This document shows positions 62,378 through 64,000 of a stretch of 64,000 nt of DNA, piece after piece. Every line of letters starts with the position of its first letter. The stretch's first letter is position 1. Origin of the DNA: Octopus sinensis. Its lineage: Eukaryota. Under the pieces are notes generated by a model. It ran no database searches. It saw only the letters and a program-made list of their open reading frames with translations, and was not told where the DNA came from. The stretch spans positions 177,630,001 to 177,694,000 of the forward strand of contig NC_042998.1 of the NCBI RefSeq assembly GCF_006345805.1, in the 5' to 3' direction. A program made the translations under genes and the position numbers.

Positions 62378-64000
62378 AAAAAGATAGTTGTTTACAACCG
62401 TCTCCATCACCTTTGAGGTATTATCAATTCAAAAGGCTTAATCGAAATAACACAACAGTTTGAGAACGTTTATCAGTGTAAATGTCAGTAGAGTGTAAAT
62501 GTCAGTAGAGTGTAAACTGTCAAGTAGAAGATTTCAAATATAGAAAACTTTTGAGTACTTTCTTTCTTGACTGGCATTTAAATTCACCAAATGTTTTTTT
62601 ACTAAAATGTTTTCTAATTAGTCATACTTCATTAGATATCAACAAAAACAGCAAACAGAAAATTACATCATTTTAAAACATTATTAGTACCTCAGCAAAA
62701 AAAAAAAATAAAATAAAGCCTAGTGTATAACATTTAAATATATTCTATTTAAAGAAAAACCTAAAACAAATTTAATATTTTACGAACTTCATTATGTACT
62801 AAATATTTTAAATTTGAAAGAATCGCATTTACATTTGCTGAAAGACTGTATCACTATACACATATAACAGAATCATGTTTAGAGTTAGCACTATACTAAA
62901 GAAATGTGATGTGGCAATAAGAACAAATAGTAATCGGAACAAGTTGGTGGGCCTGCAGCTTGGCACCTGAAGAAGTAATCTTATGCAGGCCAGTATCATA
63001 AGTTGCTGGATCAAGTTAAGATGCATGGTGATATGAGGCTCTTGAAAGGACCGACCCAACTCAGTGAGATTGCATTCTGGAAGTGCTCTGTGTATGTGTA
63101 TGCACAACTGGACCCTTCGCCCAAATTCCTCTTCAAGACACCACCCATCATCTCTCTAACTGCAACTCTTCTTTGATATCGCCTATTTTTCTTCTATCTG
63201 ATGCCATTTTACTTGCTATTAGTTCTTCATTCATTAATACTGTTCTCTCCACCTACGCTGTATATTGATCACCCATTCCCTTGGGGTTTATAGTTTTGCA
63301 ACCAGCATGGCAACCTCAGTAGTATTAGTGGCTTGAATAGAAAAGAAAAAAAAGTACCTAGTACATGTTCTAAAGTGGTTGGGGTTTAGAAGGGTATCTA
63401 ATCATGACAAAACAGACAGAGTACAATATAGTTCTTGGAGCCATCAGATGGATATTAAATGACAATGACGACAGTGTAAAATTGAAGGACTGATAAAGCT
63501 TAGCTGGGTAAGAAGGTTATGGAAAGTTTTGGTTTTATTATGGTATTTTTTTTATTGACTGCAAAACAACACATTGTTAATTCTTCCTTCTAATCGATCA
63601 ACTGTGTGGGATATCAGTCACAAACTACAAGAATGGTAATTATGAGTGTTGCATTAAAATTTGGGCATCTATCAATTTGGTAATGTTACTACTATTCTGA
63701 TATTCTGTAAGTAAACTAGCGCTCTATACATTGCTGTCCTTTGCCTTTTCTTCCCATTTTTTTTCTAATTAAAAATGAAATACATAAATAAATGTTTAAG
63801 AGTGAATTTTAAAGTTTTAAGGCTTAGAATTTCCAATATTTTCACTATGGAAATACACATCATATTATATATACATTAAGGAATGTATGTATGACTATGA
63901 GTACTTTGATTTTAATTTCTCATATCTTTAAATATTGATGTCTAGTATTCAGAGATAAGCAATTTAAATGTATTTAATATTATATAACATGTAAGTTACA

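Noticed and set aside
62829-63268. ORFs 62829..63107 and 63083..63268 as possible DIP2 first exons
   Set aside because: No DMAP1-binding motif (LAELELELSEGDIT.KGYEKKR) and no convincing splice donors; they look like decayed repeats.
1-64000. CRISPR arrays, rRNA genes, bona fide tRNA genes, prokaryotic operons
   Set aside because: None seen. The tRNA-like segments are SINE heads without intact acceptor stems.

Overview
AT-rich, microsatellite- and retroposon-dense eukaryotic genomic DNA. The repeat families and composition look like a coleoid cephalopod such as Octopus (inference). None of the short ORFs in the supplied track is a stand-alone gene. The window holds six (possibly seven) 5'-region coding exons of one minus-strand gene, a DIP2 (disco-interacting protein 2) homolog, running from 53452 down to about 2436. 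The spliced peptide reads EIRTEAVMQALA..PLPSKRTSV / DSSTDDDD / SQPPDVT / KVSAKIQQLLNTLK / RPKRKPLREFF / PPIDPNAPKPEG; the first exons and the remaining exons lie outside the window. The introns (2-16 kb) are filled with tRNA-derived SINEs, RTE LINE fragments, a Helitron 3' end, a piggyBac remnant, a HERO-like REL-endonuclease fragment and a gag-like CCHC element bounded by a 182-bp duplication. The most unusual signal is a set of Penelope-type minimal hammerhead ribozyme (HHR) motifs of three different sequence families. One family sits in a tRNA-headed SINE-like unit and also in about 360-bp palindromic elements with 12-13 bp target-site duplications (TSDs), each carrying an HHR motif on both strands. 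Family assignments come from recalled protein and RNA motifs, not from database searches.
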